The notes under the pieces are model-generated. The model searched no databases. It saw only the letters and a program-made list of their open reading frames with translations, and was not told the origin of the DNA. Positions 45,882 to 55,475 of a stretch of 64,000 nt of DNA are shown piece by piece. A program made the position numbers and the translations under genes. Each line of letters begins with the position of its first letter. Within the stretch, counting starts at the first letter, position 1. This DNA comes from Patescibacteria group bacterium (lineage in GTDB: Bacteria; Patescibacteriota; Patescibacteriia; SG8-24; DYFX01), in NCBI GenBank assembly GCA_038062835.1, contig JBBTWH010000006.1, forward strand, positions 60 to 64,059, in the 5' to 3' direction.

Positions 45882-47723
45882 ATGTCCCTTTTCCGAGACC
45901 GATCCCGATCGCTCTTCAACCGCTTCTCGCGCGCCCAAGGACGGCGTTCCTCGGCTTCGCTGCGCGAGCAATCGGGCTGGGACAAGCGGCTGGTCCATTC
46001 CCTGACCTCCGCGCGCCTCCCCACCTGGAGGCAGATCCGACATCTGCCGGAGGTCTTGTCGTCCAACGACAGCTTCCGCCTTCGGCTCGGGACCGTCTTG
46101 TTCTCCCTGGGACTGGTCCTGCTCGGCGTCCGATATTATTACGCCCACACGGAAATCGGTCCGGCGGTCGGCGGCGAGATCGCCGAGGCCGTGGTCGGCA
46201 CGCCGCGCAGCCTGAACCCGATCCTCTCGGTCTCGAACGACGTCGATAACGACCTGACGCGCCTCCTCTTCTCGCGCCTCTTCACGACGGACGGCGCCGG
46301 CCGCGTCGTCCCCGACCTGGTCGAGCGCTACGACATCTCCTCCGACCAGAAGACCTACGCCTTCACGATCCGCGAAAACGCGCGCTGGCACGATGGCGAG
46401 CCGCTCACGGCCGACGACGTCATCTTCACCTTCGCGCTCATCCAGGACCCGGCCTGGAAGAGCCCGCTGCAGGCGCTCCTGAAGGACGTGAAGTTCGAGA
46501 AGACGGACGAACGCACCATCGCGCTGACGCTCGCGGAGCCGTACGCGCAATTCCTCTCGCGCCTGAACTTCGGCATCCTGCCTCGCCACGTCTGGAAGGA
46601 CGTCCAGCCCCAGGACGCCGCCATGGCGGAAGCCAGCCTGAAGCCGATCGGTTCCGGCCCGTTCAAGTTCGCGGACATGCGGCGCGACAAGCGCGGCTTC
46701 GTTCTCTCCTATACCGTCGAGCGCAACGCCGACTACTACATGGAGGCGCCCTATCTGGAGAAGCTGACGTTCCATTTCTATCCGGATTTCGCCACGGCCC
46801 TCGAGGCTCTTCGCAAGCGCCAAGTCCAGTCGCTGAGCTTCGTGCCGCGAGACATGCGCGCCGAGTTGTCCGGCCTGACGCATGTCCTCCCCGTCTCGCT
46901 CGAACTCCCGCAGGCGACGGCCGTCTTCTTCAACGCGCGCAACAACGACGCACTCAAGGAGAAGGACGTCCGCCGCGCGCTGACGATGGCCATCGACAAG
47001 GTCCGCATCCTCTTCGACGTGCTCGGCGGCGACGGCCATCCGATCGACCGTCCCGCGCTTCCAGGCATGTCGGCGACCTCGACGTCTCCTGTCCCCTTCC
47101 GCATCGACGAGGCCGGAGCCCTGCTCGACGGGCTCGGCTGGAAGGTCGACCCGGAAGACGGCCTCCGCAAGAAGGACGTCGACAAGGACCCGAAGACCGA
47201 CCTGAAGACGCTTTCTATCGCGCTCACGACCGTCGACCAGCCGGAGAACCTCAGCGTCGCTTCCATCATCAGGAACGGCTGGGCCGCGCTCGGCGTCGAG
47301 GCGACCGTCAACGCCGTCCCCGCCTCGGAAATCCACCGCACGGTCATCAAGCCGCGCGCGTACGAGGCGCTCCTCTACGGCCAGCTGATGGGCACCGATC
47401 CCGACCTCTACCCCTTCTGGCACTCGTCCCAGGTGCAGGATCCCGGCCTCAACCTGGCGATGTTCGCGAACAAGGGCGCCGACGCCGCGCTCGAAGAAGC
47501 GCGCCGCACCGCCGATCCGGCCGCCCGCAAGGACGCGTACCGGAAATTCCTCGGCGTCCTCGCCGAGGAGGTTCCCGCCGCCTTCCTCTATAGCCCCTCC
47601 TATACCTACCCGATGCCCGCCGAACTCCGCGGCTTCACCGGCGAACGCGTCGCCAGCCCCTCCGACCGCTTCGCGACGGTCACCTCCTGGTACCTCGAGA
47701 CGGCCCGGGTCTGGAAGAAATAG
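45882..47723 (+). CDS. ABC transporter substrate-binding protein, family 5 (peptide/nickel type)
   Basis: SBP_bac_5-like fold, 'ARWHDGEPLTADDVIFTF' region; N-terminal TM anchor. Confidence 0.7.
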   Translation: MSLFRDRSRSLFNRFSRAQGRRSSASLREQSGWDKRLVHSLTSARLPTWRQIRHLPEVLSSNDSFRLRLGTVLFSLGLVLLGVRYYYAHTEIGPAVGGEIAEAVVGTPRSLNPILSVSNDVDNDLTRLLFSRLFTTDGAGRVVPDLVERYDISSDQKTYAFTIRENARWHDGEPLTADDVIFTFALIQDPAWKSPLQALLKDVKFEKTDERTIALTLAEPYAQFLSRLNFGILPRHVWKDVQPQDAAMAEASLKPIGSGPFKFADMRRDKRGFVLSYTVERNADYYMEAPYLEKLTFHFYPDFATALEALRKRQVQSLSFVPRDMRAELSGLTHVLPVSLELPQATAVFFNARNNDALKEKDVRRALTMAIDKVRILFDVLGGDGHPIDRPALPGMSATSTSPVPFRIDEAGALLDGLGWKVDPEDGLRKKDVDKDPKTDLKTLSIALTTVDQPENLSVASIIRNGWAALGVEATVNAVPASEIHRTVIKPRAYEALLYGQLMGTDPDLYPFWHSSQVQDPGLNLAMFANKGADAALEEARRTADPAARKDAYRKFLGVLAEEVPAAFLYSPSYTYPMPAELRGFTGERVASPSDRFATVTSWYLETARVWKK

Positions 47724-47940
47724 GGCCGCGACTTGACCGTTCCTCGGGTTCAAGGTATACTTATTCTCCTAGGAGGCAATCGGTCCAAAAATCAAAAAAC
47801 GTCCGTTCCGCGCGACCGCGCGGAACACGCTGAACCGCCATCAAGTCCACGCCTGCGTGGACGCGAAGGAGGAGCGACTGACACGCGTGAGGGAGGATGG
47901 GCTCGGCCCATCCGACCGGGAGCGTGTCAGGTAGCGACGT

Positions 47941-48027
47941 GGGCGAATGGCGGAATTGGCAGACGCATACGGTTCAGGGCCGTACGATCGCAAGGTCATG
48001 AGGGTTCAAGTCCCTCTTCGCCCACCA
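47941..48027 (+). tRNA. tRNA-Leu(CAG), class II
   Basis: GGGCGAA...anticodon loop TTCAGGG...T-arm GGGTTCAAGTCCC...TTCGCCC-A-CCA. Confidence 0.85.
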
Positions 48028-48066
48028 CGTAAAGACCGAGCCGAAGTGCGAGGACTTTACGTGCCG
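48028..48066. terminator. Palindromic element CACGTAAAGACCGAG...GGACTTTACGTG after tRNA-Leu
   Basis: Same CACGTAAA...TTTACGTG family as after tRNA-Val and tRNA-Ile. Confidence 0.5.
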
Positions 48067-48290
48067 CGTGATCCGAGCAGCGCGAGGATTTTACGCGGCC
48101 GCCTCTCGCTCGGTCCACGTGGCAAGCCACGCTGACATCTCCAGTCGAAAATCCCGGATCGATCCGAGGTTCCCGACTGTCGATGTGCGAGATATCCGCC
48201 TGCCGCGCTTCGCCGCGGAACGCAGGGTCGCACGCACGCAAGACAACCTATTAGAGTCCCCCTTCGCGGGGACGTGAAAGATTCTTTTTT

Positions 48291-50201
48291 ATGGTGAACG
48301 CACCTAAGCGACCGTCTCATCCGCAAGGCGGAGGGTCGCGCCCGCCCCAACAGGGCGGCAACCGTCCTCCGTTCCGCGGAGGCGGACGTCCCCCGTTCCG
48401 CGGCGGACGCCGCGACGGCCGTCCCGCGCCGAAAGTCATCGGCGTCGGCACCGAGAAGCGCGGCATGTCGGCCCGCACGGTCGAAGCCCTTCAGAACGCC
48501 AAGAACGCCGGACCGTTCCCGTTCGAGGTCAAAGGAGACCCGCCGAAGCTCAAGGTCTACGCCTTGGGCGGCCTCGAGGAGATCGGCCGCAACTGCACCG
48601 TCTTCGAATGCGGCGACGATATCGTCATCGTCGACGCCGGCTTGATGTTCCCCGAGGAGAACATGCCGGGCATCGACTACATCATCCCGAACGTCTCCTG
48701 CCTCAAAGGCAAGGAGAAGAACATCCGCGGCGTCATCGTGAGCCACGGCCACCTCGACCACGTCGGCGGCCTGCCCTTCATCCTCCCCCGCCTCGGTTTC
48801 CCGACGCTCTACACCGCGCCGCTCACGGCCGGCATCATCCGGAACCGCCAGGAGGAATTCGGCAACGCCAACCAGCTGAAGATCCAGCTCATCACCGGCA
48901 AGAGCCGCATCCAGATGGGCCGCAACTTCGTGTTCGAGCCCTTCCACGTCAACCACAACATCTCCGACGCCTTCGGCACCGCGCTGTACACCCCGTACGG
49001 CGTCATCCTCGGCACCGGCGACTTCAAGTTCGACTTCACGCCGGCCGACGGCGATCCGGCCGACCTCATCCATATCGCCGGCTTCGGCGGGAAGGGCGTC
49101 CTGATGCTGATGTCCGACTCCACCAACGCTACCTCCCCCGGCCACCAGATCTCCGAGAAGACCGTCGGCGAAGAGATCCGCCGCACCATCGAACGCGCGC
49201 AGGGCCGCGTCATCATCGGCATGTTCTCCTCGATGCTCACCCGCATGCAGCAGGTCTTCGACGCCGCCGAACCGCTCGGCCGCAAGGTCCTGCTCCAGGG
49301 CCGCTCGCTCCTCAACAACGTGGAGCTGGCCCACAAGCTCGGCTACATGAAATACAAGCAAGGCACCGTCGTCGAGGAAGAGGAGTTCAAGCGCCTCCCT
49401 GACGGCAAGGCCATCGTGGTCTGCACCGGTTCCCAGGGCGAGCAGAACGCCACCCTCATGAAGGTCGCCAACCGCGAACACAAGTTCCTCTCGGTCCAGA
49501 AGGGCGACACCGTCGTCTTCTCGAGCTCGGTCATCCCGGGCAACGAGCGCACCGTGCAGTCCCTCAAGGACACGCTGGTCCGCCAGGGCGCCAAGCTCGT
49601 CGACAACGCCATGGTCGACATCCACGCCGGCGGCCACGCCAAGCAGGAGGACCTCAAGCTGATGCTCCGCCTGACCAAGCCGCATTACTTCGTCCCGATC
49701 CACGGCAACCGCTTCATGCTCGAGGCCCACGCCGACCTGGCGGAAGCCGTCGGCATCCCGCGCGCGCAGACGTTCGTGGCCGACAACGGCCAGATCATCG
49801 AAGTCGACAAGACGGGCGCCCGCCTGACCGCGGACTACGTCCCCTCCGACTACGTCTTCGTGGACGGCCTCGGCGTCGGCGACGTCTCGGAAGTGGTCCT
49901 GCGCGACCGCCGCGAGCTCGCTGAGGACGGCATGATGATCGTCGTCTGCACCATCGCCAAGAAGACCGGCGAACTGCTCGGCACCGACACCATCTCCCGC
50001 GGCTTCATCTACCAGAAGGACGCCCAGGGACTCGTCGCGCGCGCCAAGGAGTTCGTGAAGAAGACGATGAAGGACAACGACCCCAACTCCCCCGCCTTCG
50101 ACGACTACCTCAAGAACAAGATCCGCAACGAGGTCGGCAACTTCATCTTCAAGGAGACGGAGCGCCGCCCGATGATCCTCCCCGTGATCATCATGGTGTA
50201 A
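48291..50201 (+). CDS. rnj: Ribonuclease J with N-terminal RGG/Arg-Gly-rich extension
   Basis: Metallo-beta-lactamase 'VSHGHLDHVGG', beta-CASP and C-terminal domain; first ~55 aa are RGG/PPFRGG repeats. Confidence 0.85.
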   Translation: MVNAPKRPSHPQGGGSRPPQQGGNRPPFRGGGRPPFRGGRRDGRPAPKVIGVGTEKRGMSARTVEALQNAKNAGPFPFEVKGDPPKLKVYALGGLEEIGRNCTVFECGDDIVIVDAGLMFPEENMPGIDYIIPNVSCLKGKEKNIRGVIVSHGHLDHVGGLPFILPRLGFPTLYTAPLTAGIIRNRQEEFGNANQLKIQLITGKSRIQMGRNFVFEPFHVNHNISDAFGTALYTPYGVILGTGDFKFDFTPADGDPADLIHIAGFGGKGVLMLMSDSTNATSPGHQISEKTVGEEIRRTIERAQGRVIIGMFSSMLTRMQQVFDAAEPLGRKVLLQGRSLLNNVELAHKLGYMKYKQGTVVEEEEFKRLPDGKAIVVCTGSQGEQNATLMKVANREHKFLSVQKGDTVVFSSSVIPGNERTVQSLKDTLVRQGAKLVDNAMVDIHAGGHAKQEDLKLMLRLTKPHYFVPIHGNRFMLEAHADLAEAVGIPRAQTFVADNGQIIEVDKTGARLTADYVPSDYVFVDGLGVGDVSEVVLRDRRELAEDGMMIVVCTIAKKTGELLGTDTISRGFIYQKDAQGLVARAKEFVKKTMKDNDPNSPAFDDYLKNKIRNEVGNFIFKETERRPMILPVIIMV

Positions 50202-50202
50202 G

Positions 50203-50236
50203 AAGAAACCCCGCTCACCCGAGCGGGGTTTTCGGT
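50203..50236. terminator. Bidirectional terminator AAACCCCGCTCACCCGAGCGGGGTTTT
   Basis: Hairpin flanked by A and T runs between convergent genes. Confidence 0.7.
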
Positions 50237-50535
50237 CGGAGTTCCAGGGCGGTAAGCCGCCGGTCGAACTCCTTGTGCTTGGCCGTCATGTCGCCTTTCA
50301 AGCCGCCGAGCTTCTCGTCCAGGTAGTCCTTCGTGACCATGGTCGCCTTGATTCCGACGATGTCGTCCCGTACCTCTTCGATCTGCGGCAAGACGTTCTG
50401 TTCGAGCATCTCGCCGACGGCCGCGATGACACGATCAGCAGTCTTGACTGAACTCTCCTCGATCTTCTTCTCAAGACGACCCTCGCTGTCGAGAATCAGC
50501 TTGCCGATCTGGCCCAAGTCTTGTTCGGTCAGCAT
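50215..50535 (-). CDS. Hypothetical coiled-coil protein
   Basis: Start at MLTEQDLG; charged/coiled-coil sequence. Confidence 0.4.
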   Translation of the reverse strand: MLTEQDLGQIGKLILDSEGRLEKKIEESSVKTADRVIAAVGEMLEQNVLPQIEEVRDDIVGIKATMVTKDYLDEKLGGLKGDMTAKHKEFDRRLTALELRPKTPLG

Positions 50536-50665
50536 GCCCATATGGTTTAAGAGTAGCACAAGGCTTCCTAGCGGAAGCAAGAGCCGGGTGTCAATCGGCT
50601 GACAGGCATGATTGACAAGACCGCTTTTCCGTGGTTCGCTGGACGAGGATCATTCTATGGAGGCG

Positions 50666-51169
50666 GACATGCCCGACGATACGGATGCGGACCGCTTCTT
50701 CACGGAAGCGGAAGCGTATTTATACAAGCTGGCGAACGAGCGGGGCATCGGCCTCGCCCTCGGCCGTTGGAAGCATCCGAAGTACGGCTTGATGCGCGTA
50801 CGCGCCATCTACGGCCAGGCCGGCGCCACCTACTTCAGGCTGGTGTTCTGCGCGACCGACGCCTGGCTGGCGATCGGCCAGGCCCGGCTCTGGTGGTACG
50901 TGAACGACTGGTTCGAGCCGTTCGAGTTCAAGGACATCGAGCGGCGCCCCCCGATGGCGGAAGCCATCATCAACGCCGGCTCTGATCTCGAATCGGAGAT
51001 CGGCGCGCGCTTGCGCTGGCTCGAAGGACAACATTCCATCGAGACGGCCATCGGCGGCATCTACGGCAAGGCGCTCTCCGGCCTGGCGCATATCGAAGAT
51101 GCCCGGAACGACGTACGCGTGGCCCTCGCGTCTGAGATACCCAAGGGCGACGAGGAGGATGCGGAATGA
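50666..51169 (+). CDS. Hypothetical protein (first of overlapping pair)
   Basis: GGAGG RBS before ATG 50666 (MPDDTDADRFF...). Confidence 0.45.
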   Translation, partial: DMPDDTDADRFFTEAEAYLYKLANERGIGLALGRWKHPKYGLMRVRAIYGQAGATYFRLVFCATDAWLAIGQARLWWYVNDWFEPFEFKDIERRPPMAEAIINAGSDLESEIGARLRWLEGQHSIETAIGGIYGKALSGLAHIEDARNDVRVALASEIPKGDEEDAE

Positions 51170-51594
51170 CGCGCGCCGAACCGCCGAAGATCGCGCCCAA
51201 GGACGTCCCGCCGGAGGCCGCGCTCTATCTCGACGACGCCGCCGGATACCTGACCGAGCTGGTCAAGGAGTACGGCCTCGAGCTGAAGACGTACGACCTG
51301 TACCGCCCTGAACACTCGGCCTGGCTCCACGGCCTGTACGGCAAATGCCGCGACCGCCAGATCTGCATCCAGGTCGTCACCGACGCGGAAATGGCTCCGA
51401 ACCGCGTCGCCCTGCTCAAGGGCTACATCCGCATGTATCCGGGCGACGGCAGGAACGAATGGCTGCTTTTCGAGACGCGCCGCGTCCGCGGCATGGCGGG
51501 CCTCATGGCCGGCACCGCCGACATGGCGGACCGCCTGTTCCTCGCCTGCGTATGGCGCATTCCCCATCCGAACTCCCCCGACCCCAAAGCTTAG
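51166..51594 (+). CDS. Hypothetical protein (second of pair, ATGA start/stop overlap)
   Basis: N-terminal 'EAALYLDDAAGYLTELVKEYGLEL' resembles 'EAEAYLYKLANERGIGLAL' of upstream gene. Confidence 0.45.
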   Translation: MTRAEPPKIAPKDVPPEAALYLDDAAGYLTELVKEYGLELKTYDLYRPEHSAWLHGLYGKCRDRQICIQVVTDAEMAPNRVALLKGYIRMYPGDGRNEWLLFETRRVRGMAGLMAGTADMADRLFLACVWRIPHPNSPDPKA

Positions 51595-51646
51595 GGTCGG
51601 GTTTTTCATTGCCATTTCCGCCCAAATAGGCCAAGATGGCCGTACT

Positions 51647-52651
51647 ATGGCATCGAAAGAACCCCTCATCGTCTCGGGCATCCAGCCCTCCGGCAGGCTC
51701 CATATCGGCAACTGGGCCGGCGGCCTGCGCAACTGGCTCGCGCTCCAGGAGACGCATCCCGAACGCTGCCTTTTCTTCATCGCCGACTATCACGCGATGA
51801 CGGTCGAGTACGACCCGAAGGAACGCCAGCATCAGGTCATCGATCTGGCCGCTTCGCTCCTGGCGCTCGGGCTCGACAGCAAGAAGTCGACGCTCTTCGT
51901 GCAGTCGGACGTGCCGGAAGTCGCGGAACTCGCCTGGATCTTCAACACCGTCACGCCCATCGCCGAGATGGAGCGGATGACGCAGTATAAGGACAAGGCG
52001 GCCAAGCACGCGAAGAACATCAATATGGGCCTGCTCGCCTATCCCGTGCTCCAGGCGGCCGACATCCTGATCTACGGCGGCGACGCCGTGCCGGTCGGCC
52101 AGGACCAGGTCCAGCATGTCGAGACGACGCGCGTCATCGCCCGCAACTTCAACAAGCGCTTCGGACCGACCTTCCCCGAACCGAAGGCGCTCCTCAATGA
52201 CACGCCCAAGATCATGTCGCTCACCGAACCGACCAAGAAGATGTCGAAGAGCGGCGCCGAGAAGTCGTTCATCGCGCTCGACGACGAGCCTGAGACGATC
52301 ATGAAGAAGATGAAGGCCGTGCCGACCGAACCGAGCGGCATCGTGACCGATGAAGCGCTCAAGACCGAGGCCTACGCCGGCGTCGCGCTCCTGCTCGACC
52401 TCATCGAGCTGTGCGGCGGCAAGGACTCGCGGAAAGCCGCGTCGGCGGAGTCCCCCGTGAAGTACGGCGACCTCAAGAAACGCGCCGCCGAAGCGGTCGC
52501 TGCGCGCTTCGCCGAGTTCCGCGCCAAGAAGGCCGGGCTCCTGAAGAACCCGGACCGCATCCGCATGGTGCTGGCTTCCGGCGGCGCCAAGGCGCGCGCC
52601 CATGCCAAACGGACGATGGAGACCGTCCTCAAAGTCACCGGGCTGCGCTGA
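51647..52651 (+). CDS. trpS: Tryptophan--tRNA ligase
   Basis: 'SGIQPSGRLHIGN' HIGH-type and 'KMSKS' motifs; 334 aa. Confidence 0.9.
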   Translation: MASKEPLIVSGIQPSGRLHIGNWAGGLRNWLALQETHPERCLFFIADYHAMTVEYDPKERQHQVIDLAASLLALGLDSKKSTLFVQSDVPEVAELAWIFNTVTPIAEMERMTQYKDKAAKHAKNINMGLLAYPVLQAADILIYGGDAVPVGQDQVQHVETTRVIARNFNKRFGPTFPEPKALLNDTPKIMSLTEPTKKMSKSGAEKSFIALDDEPETIMKKMKAVPTEPSGIVTDEALKTEAYAGVALLLDLIELCGGKDSRKAASAESPVKYGDLKKRAAEAVAARFAEFRAKKAGLLKNPDRIRMVLASGGAKARAHAKRTMETVLKVTGLR

Positions 52652-52655
52652 TGAT

Positions 52656-52745
52656 CCCTTTTTGTCATCCCGAGCGCAGTCGAGGAATCCCTCCGTTTCC
52701 GGAGCGATTCCTCCGCTCCGCCGCGCTCCGGTCGGAATGACAAAA
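52656..52745. repeat. Inverted-repeat element: TTTTTGTCATCCCGAGCG ... CCGGTCGGAATGACAAAAA
   Basis: 18-mer shared with 38186-38203 present in inverted orientation at both ends of a 90-nt trpS/peptidase spacer; internal GAGGAATC direct repeats. Confidence 0.65.
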
Positions 52746-52750
52746 AACGC

Positions 52751-54256
52751 ATGCCCTACGAGGAAATCATCAAGCGGCTGGAGGCCTACCGCGCCGCGTT
52801 GTCGGAAGAGGACCGCCTCGCCCGCACGGGTCTGAAGACGAAGCCTGATTTCGCGTCCATCCGCGCGAAGGAGGACGACCTGTTCACGGACGGATCGATC
52901 ATGACGGTCCGCGAGCTCATGGAACGCGCGCCCTCCGCGCGCCGCCGTGACCAGATGGAGCGCACCCTCTTCGCCCTGCTCGAAGGCGTCATCGCGGCCG
53001 ACACCCTGCCGGTCGAGGAACGCATCCTGGCCAAGACCGCTGAGCTTTCCGCGGCGATCGACGGCCGTTCCTTCGGCTTCCATGAGATGACGGAGCTGAT
53101 GGGCTCCGAGGAGGACCCGGCCAAGCGCGAGGAGATCAGGCGCGCCCAGGCCGGACTGGCCGAGGAGCTCGCGCCGCTGCGCATCGAGCATGAGCACGCC
53201 CTGCGGCAGAAGCTCGCGGCCTTCGGATTCGGAACCATCCGCGAATACGCCGAGACGAAGAAACGCGTCCGCTACGACGTCTTCCTCCAGAAAGCCCTGC
53301 CCATCCTCGAAGAGACGACCGGGCTGTATCGCCGCGTGATGGGCGACACGCTCCGCCGCGCCTACGGCAAGGAGCTCGGCGACATCTCCGCCGCCCACGT
53401 CCATCACTGGCGCGCCGGACGCGAGTTCGACCATCTCTTCCCGCCGGAGAAGGTCATGCCGCTTTGCGCCGGCGCTTTCGCCACGCTCGGACTGCCGTTC
53501 GAGCGCGCGCACGGCATCCGCGTCGACGCCGAGAACCGGCCAGGCAAGCGCCCACGCGCCGTCTGCTACGCCCCGCGCGCGCCGGAGGAGGTCCACCTCA
53601 TCCTCAAGCCGCAGGGCGGTTTCGAGGACGTGCGCTCGTTCCTTCACGAAGGCGGACACGCCCTGCATTTCGGGCATATCGACGCCGCGCTTCCGTACGA
53701 GTGGCGCGGATTACCGCGCTCGCATGCCATGTCCGAGACGTTCGCGTTCCTCATCGAGCACCTGACGGAAAATCCGCTCTGGCTCGAGCATGTCATGCAC
53801 GTGCCGAAGGCCGCCGCGGAACGCCTGGCTGCCTGGTCCCTGCTCGGCGGCCTCTTCATGCTCCGCCGCCATATGGCGAAGCTCACCTACGAACTGGCAT
53901 TCGACGAGAAACCGTTCGACGCGCCGCGCAACCGCGAGATCTACTCCAAGACGCTCAGCGACTTGACGGGCTTCGCCTACGAACCGGAGTTCTGGCTGGA
54001 GGATATGGACGGCGTATTCTACGGCGCCGACCACCTGCGCGCCTGGATCGCCTCGGCGCAAGTCGAGGAACACCTCGTCCGCAAGTACGGCGACCGCTGG
54101 TTCCTGAAACGCGATACCGGCAGTTTCCTCAAGGAGCATTTCGCCAAAGGCGTCTCCATCGACGCCGAAGAGCTGGTGCAGAGCCTCGGCATGACGGCCT
54201 GGGACCCGCTCCCGCTCATCCGGAAATTCGACGGGGTTTCGCGGCTGCTGCGCTAG
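52751..54256 (+). CDS. Zinc metallopeptidase (M3/oligoendopeptidase-F-like)
   Basis: 'HEGGHALHF' HExxH motif in a ~500-aa protein. Confidence 0.55.
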   Translation: MPYEEIIKRLEAYRAALSEEDRLARTGLKTKPDFASIRAKEDDLFTDGSIMTVRELMERAPSARRRDQMERTLFALLEGVIAADTLPVEERILAKTAELSAAIDGRSFGFHEMTELMGSEEDPAKREEIRRAQAGLAEELAPLRIEHEHALRQKLAAFGFGTIREYAETKKRVRYDVFLQKALPILEETTGLYRRVMGDTLRRAYGKELGDISAAHVHHWRAGREFDHLFPPEKVMPLCAGAFATLGLPFERAHGIRVDAENRPGKRPRAVCYAPRAPEEVHLILKPQGGFEDVRSFLHEGGHALHFGHIDAALPYEWRGLPRSHAMSETFAFLIEHLTENPLWLEHVMHVPKAAAERLAAWSLLGGLFMLRRHMAKLTYELAFDEKPFDAPRNREIYSKTLSDLTGFAYEPEFWLEDMDGVFYGADHLRAWIASAQVEEHLVRKYGDRWFLKRDTGSFLKEHFAKGVSIDAEELVQSLGMTAWDPLPLIRKFDGVSRLLR

Positions 54257-54273
54257 AAAAAGAAAAACGCCCG

Positions 54274-54669
54274 TCAGCTTTGACGGGCGCGCGCGGCGCG
54301 CTTGAGCTTCTTGATCAGCCGTCGCCAGTACGGCAACTCCTTCCACCAGTCGATGGTCGTGATCCTGTTCGGATAGCGCCGGCGCATCCGGCCATAGAAC
54401 CCTCCAGAGGCCTTGTCATGGAGCACGACGAGGATTTTCGCGTACCTGTCGAGGACTTCGCGCATGAGGCGATGCGCCACTCCTCTCCCCCGGTATCTCC
54501 GGTTGACGAAGATGTTGGCGATCGGCGCGGGGTCGTGGGCGAAAACGAGGCACCAGCCCATGACCCGGCCGCCCGAGAAGGCGACGATGGTCACCGAGTC
54601 CGGCGCGACGGACGCGAACCTCCACATGTAGCCGTACTGGAACGTCGCGTGCCGCAGGCGACGCTTCAT
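54274..54669 (-). CDS. GNAT-family N-acetyltransferase
   Basis: 'RRYRGRGVAHRLMREVL' acetyl-CoA-binding motif. Confidence 0.7.
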   Translation of the reverse strand: MKRRLRHATFQYGYMWRFASVAPDSVTIVAFSGGRVMGWCLVFAHDPAPIANIFVNRRYRGRGVAHRLMREVLDRYAKILVVLHDKASGGFYGRMRRRYPNRITTIDWWKELPYWRRLIKKLKRAARARQS

Positions 54670-54850
54670 CCGCCGATCCCATCAAAGTGGCGGTGGGCAG
54701 GTGTCTACGAGCGCAGCGTCCGTTCCAACAGCGACATACCTCTTCCCGGCGCCAGCGAGTAGACGCCTGCCCACCGCCCAGCCCACCCATCATTGACACG
54801 CCCCTCCGGGCGTGTTTTTCTTCTGGAAGCGTCCGACGCGAAAGGAGCCG

Positions 54851-55026
54851 CCATGTCCGTGCTCGCCCTCACCGAAACGATGCCGCCGCTTCGCGCGGCG
54901 CTCGCCCCGCTTGTCGCGCTCGTGGCGTGCGTCCTGCCGACGTTTGCCGTCATCCTCGCCGCCGGACTGTGCGCGCCCGTCCTCTTCGGCGCCTCGGCCT
55001 TCCATCAGACGGAAGGGGCGTCCTGA
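54851..55026 (+). CDS. Small hydrophobic protein
   Basis: AAAGGAG RBS; 58 aa with TM helix; stop overlaps next start (TGACATGG). Confidence 0.3.
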
Positions 55027-55399
55027 CATGGGCGCCCGCGATCGTCCTTTTCCGCCTGGCGGCCTTCCCTACGAAGAGGCCAAGCTCTACAAGATGGCGT
55101 TCGACCTCGCGTACCGGAAGGAATACGTCACGGAGGCGTACGGCGTCGACGGACAGGGTATGCAGCTCGCCGTGCGCAAGCTCGGAGGCTTCGAGATCCA
55201 CGTCGAGTTCCAGATCACGGTGCCCCAGAACATCATCCGCTTCACGGTGATGATCTGGTACGAGGAGCATCTGGTCTTCAATGCCTGGTGCTCGAGAATC
55301 GCCGAAAGCGGCGAGACGGTCGGCCTCGTCGTCACCTGTGAGGACGGGCCTTGGAAGGCCCACCTGCGCCGCCGCAGCGAATCCGAAGAGAAGGCCTGA
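55027..55399 (+). CDS. Hypothetical protein
   Basis: Translationally coupled to upstream small ORF. Confidence 0.4.
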
Positions 55400-55405
55400 C
55401 GCCCC

Positions 55406-55434
55406 TTGACAAAAGGGGCTTTTTCTTTTATAGT
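55406..55434 (+). promoter_or_regulatory. Promoter TTGACA-17-TATAGT upstream of RNase P RNA
   Basis: TTGACA 55406-55411, TATAGT 55429-55434. Confidence 0.6.
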
Positions 55435-55475
55435 CATCCCTATCCTGGGTACTTCGTACCTGGGTGATGTTTTAA

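Noticed and set aside
45606-47753. 715-aa - strand ORF antisense to the substrate-binding-protein gene; similar artefacts at 16657..18828+, 21623..23635+, 25715..27187+, 48057..49730-
   Set aside because: Each overlaps a gene with clear family motifs on the opposite strand and has a low-complexity translation.
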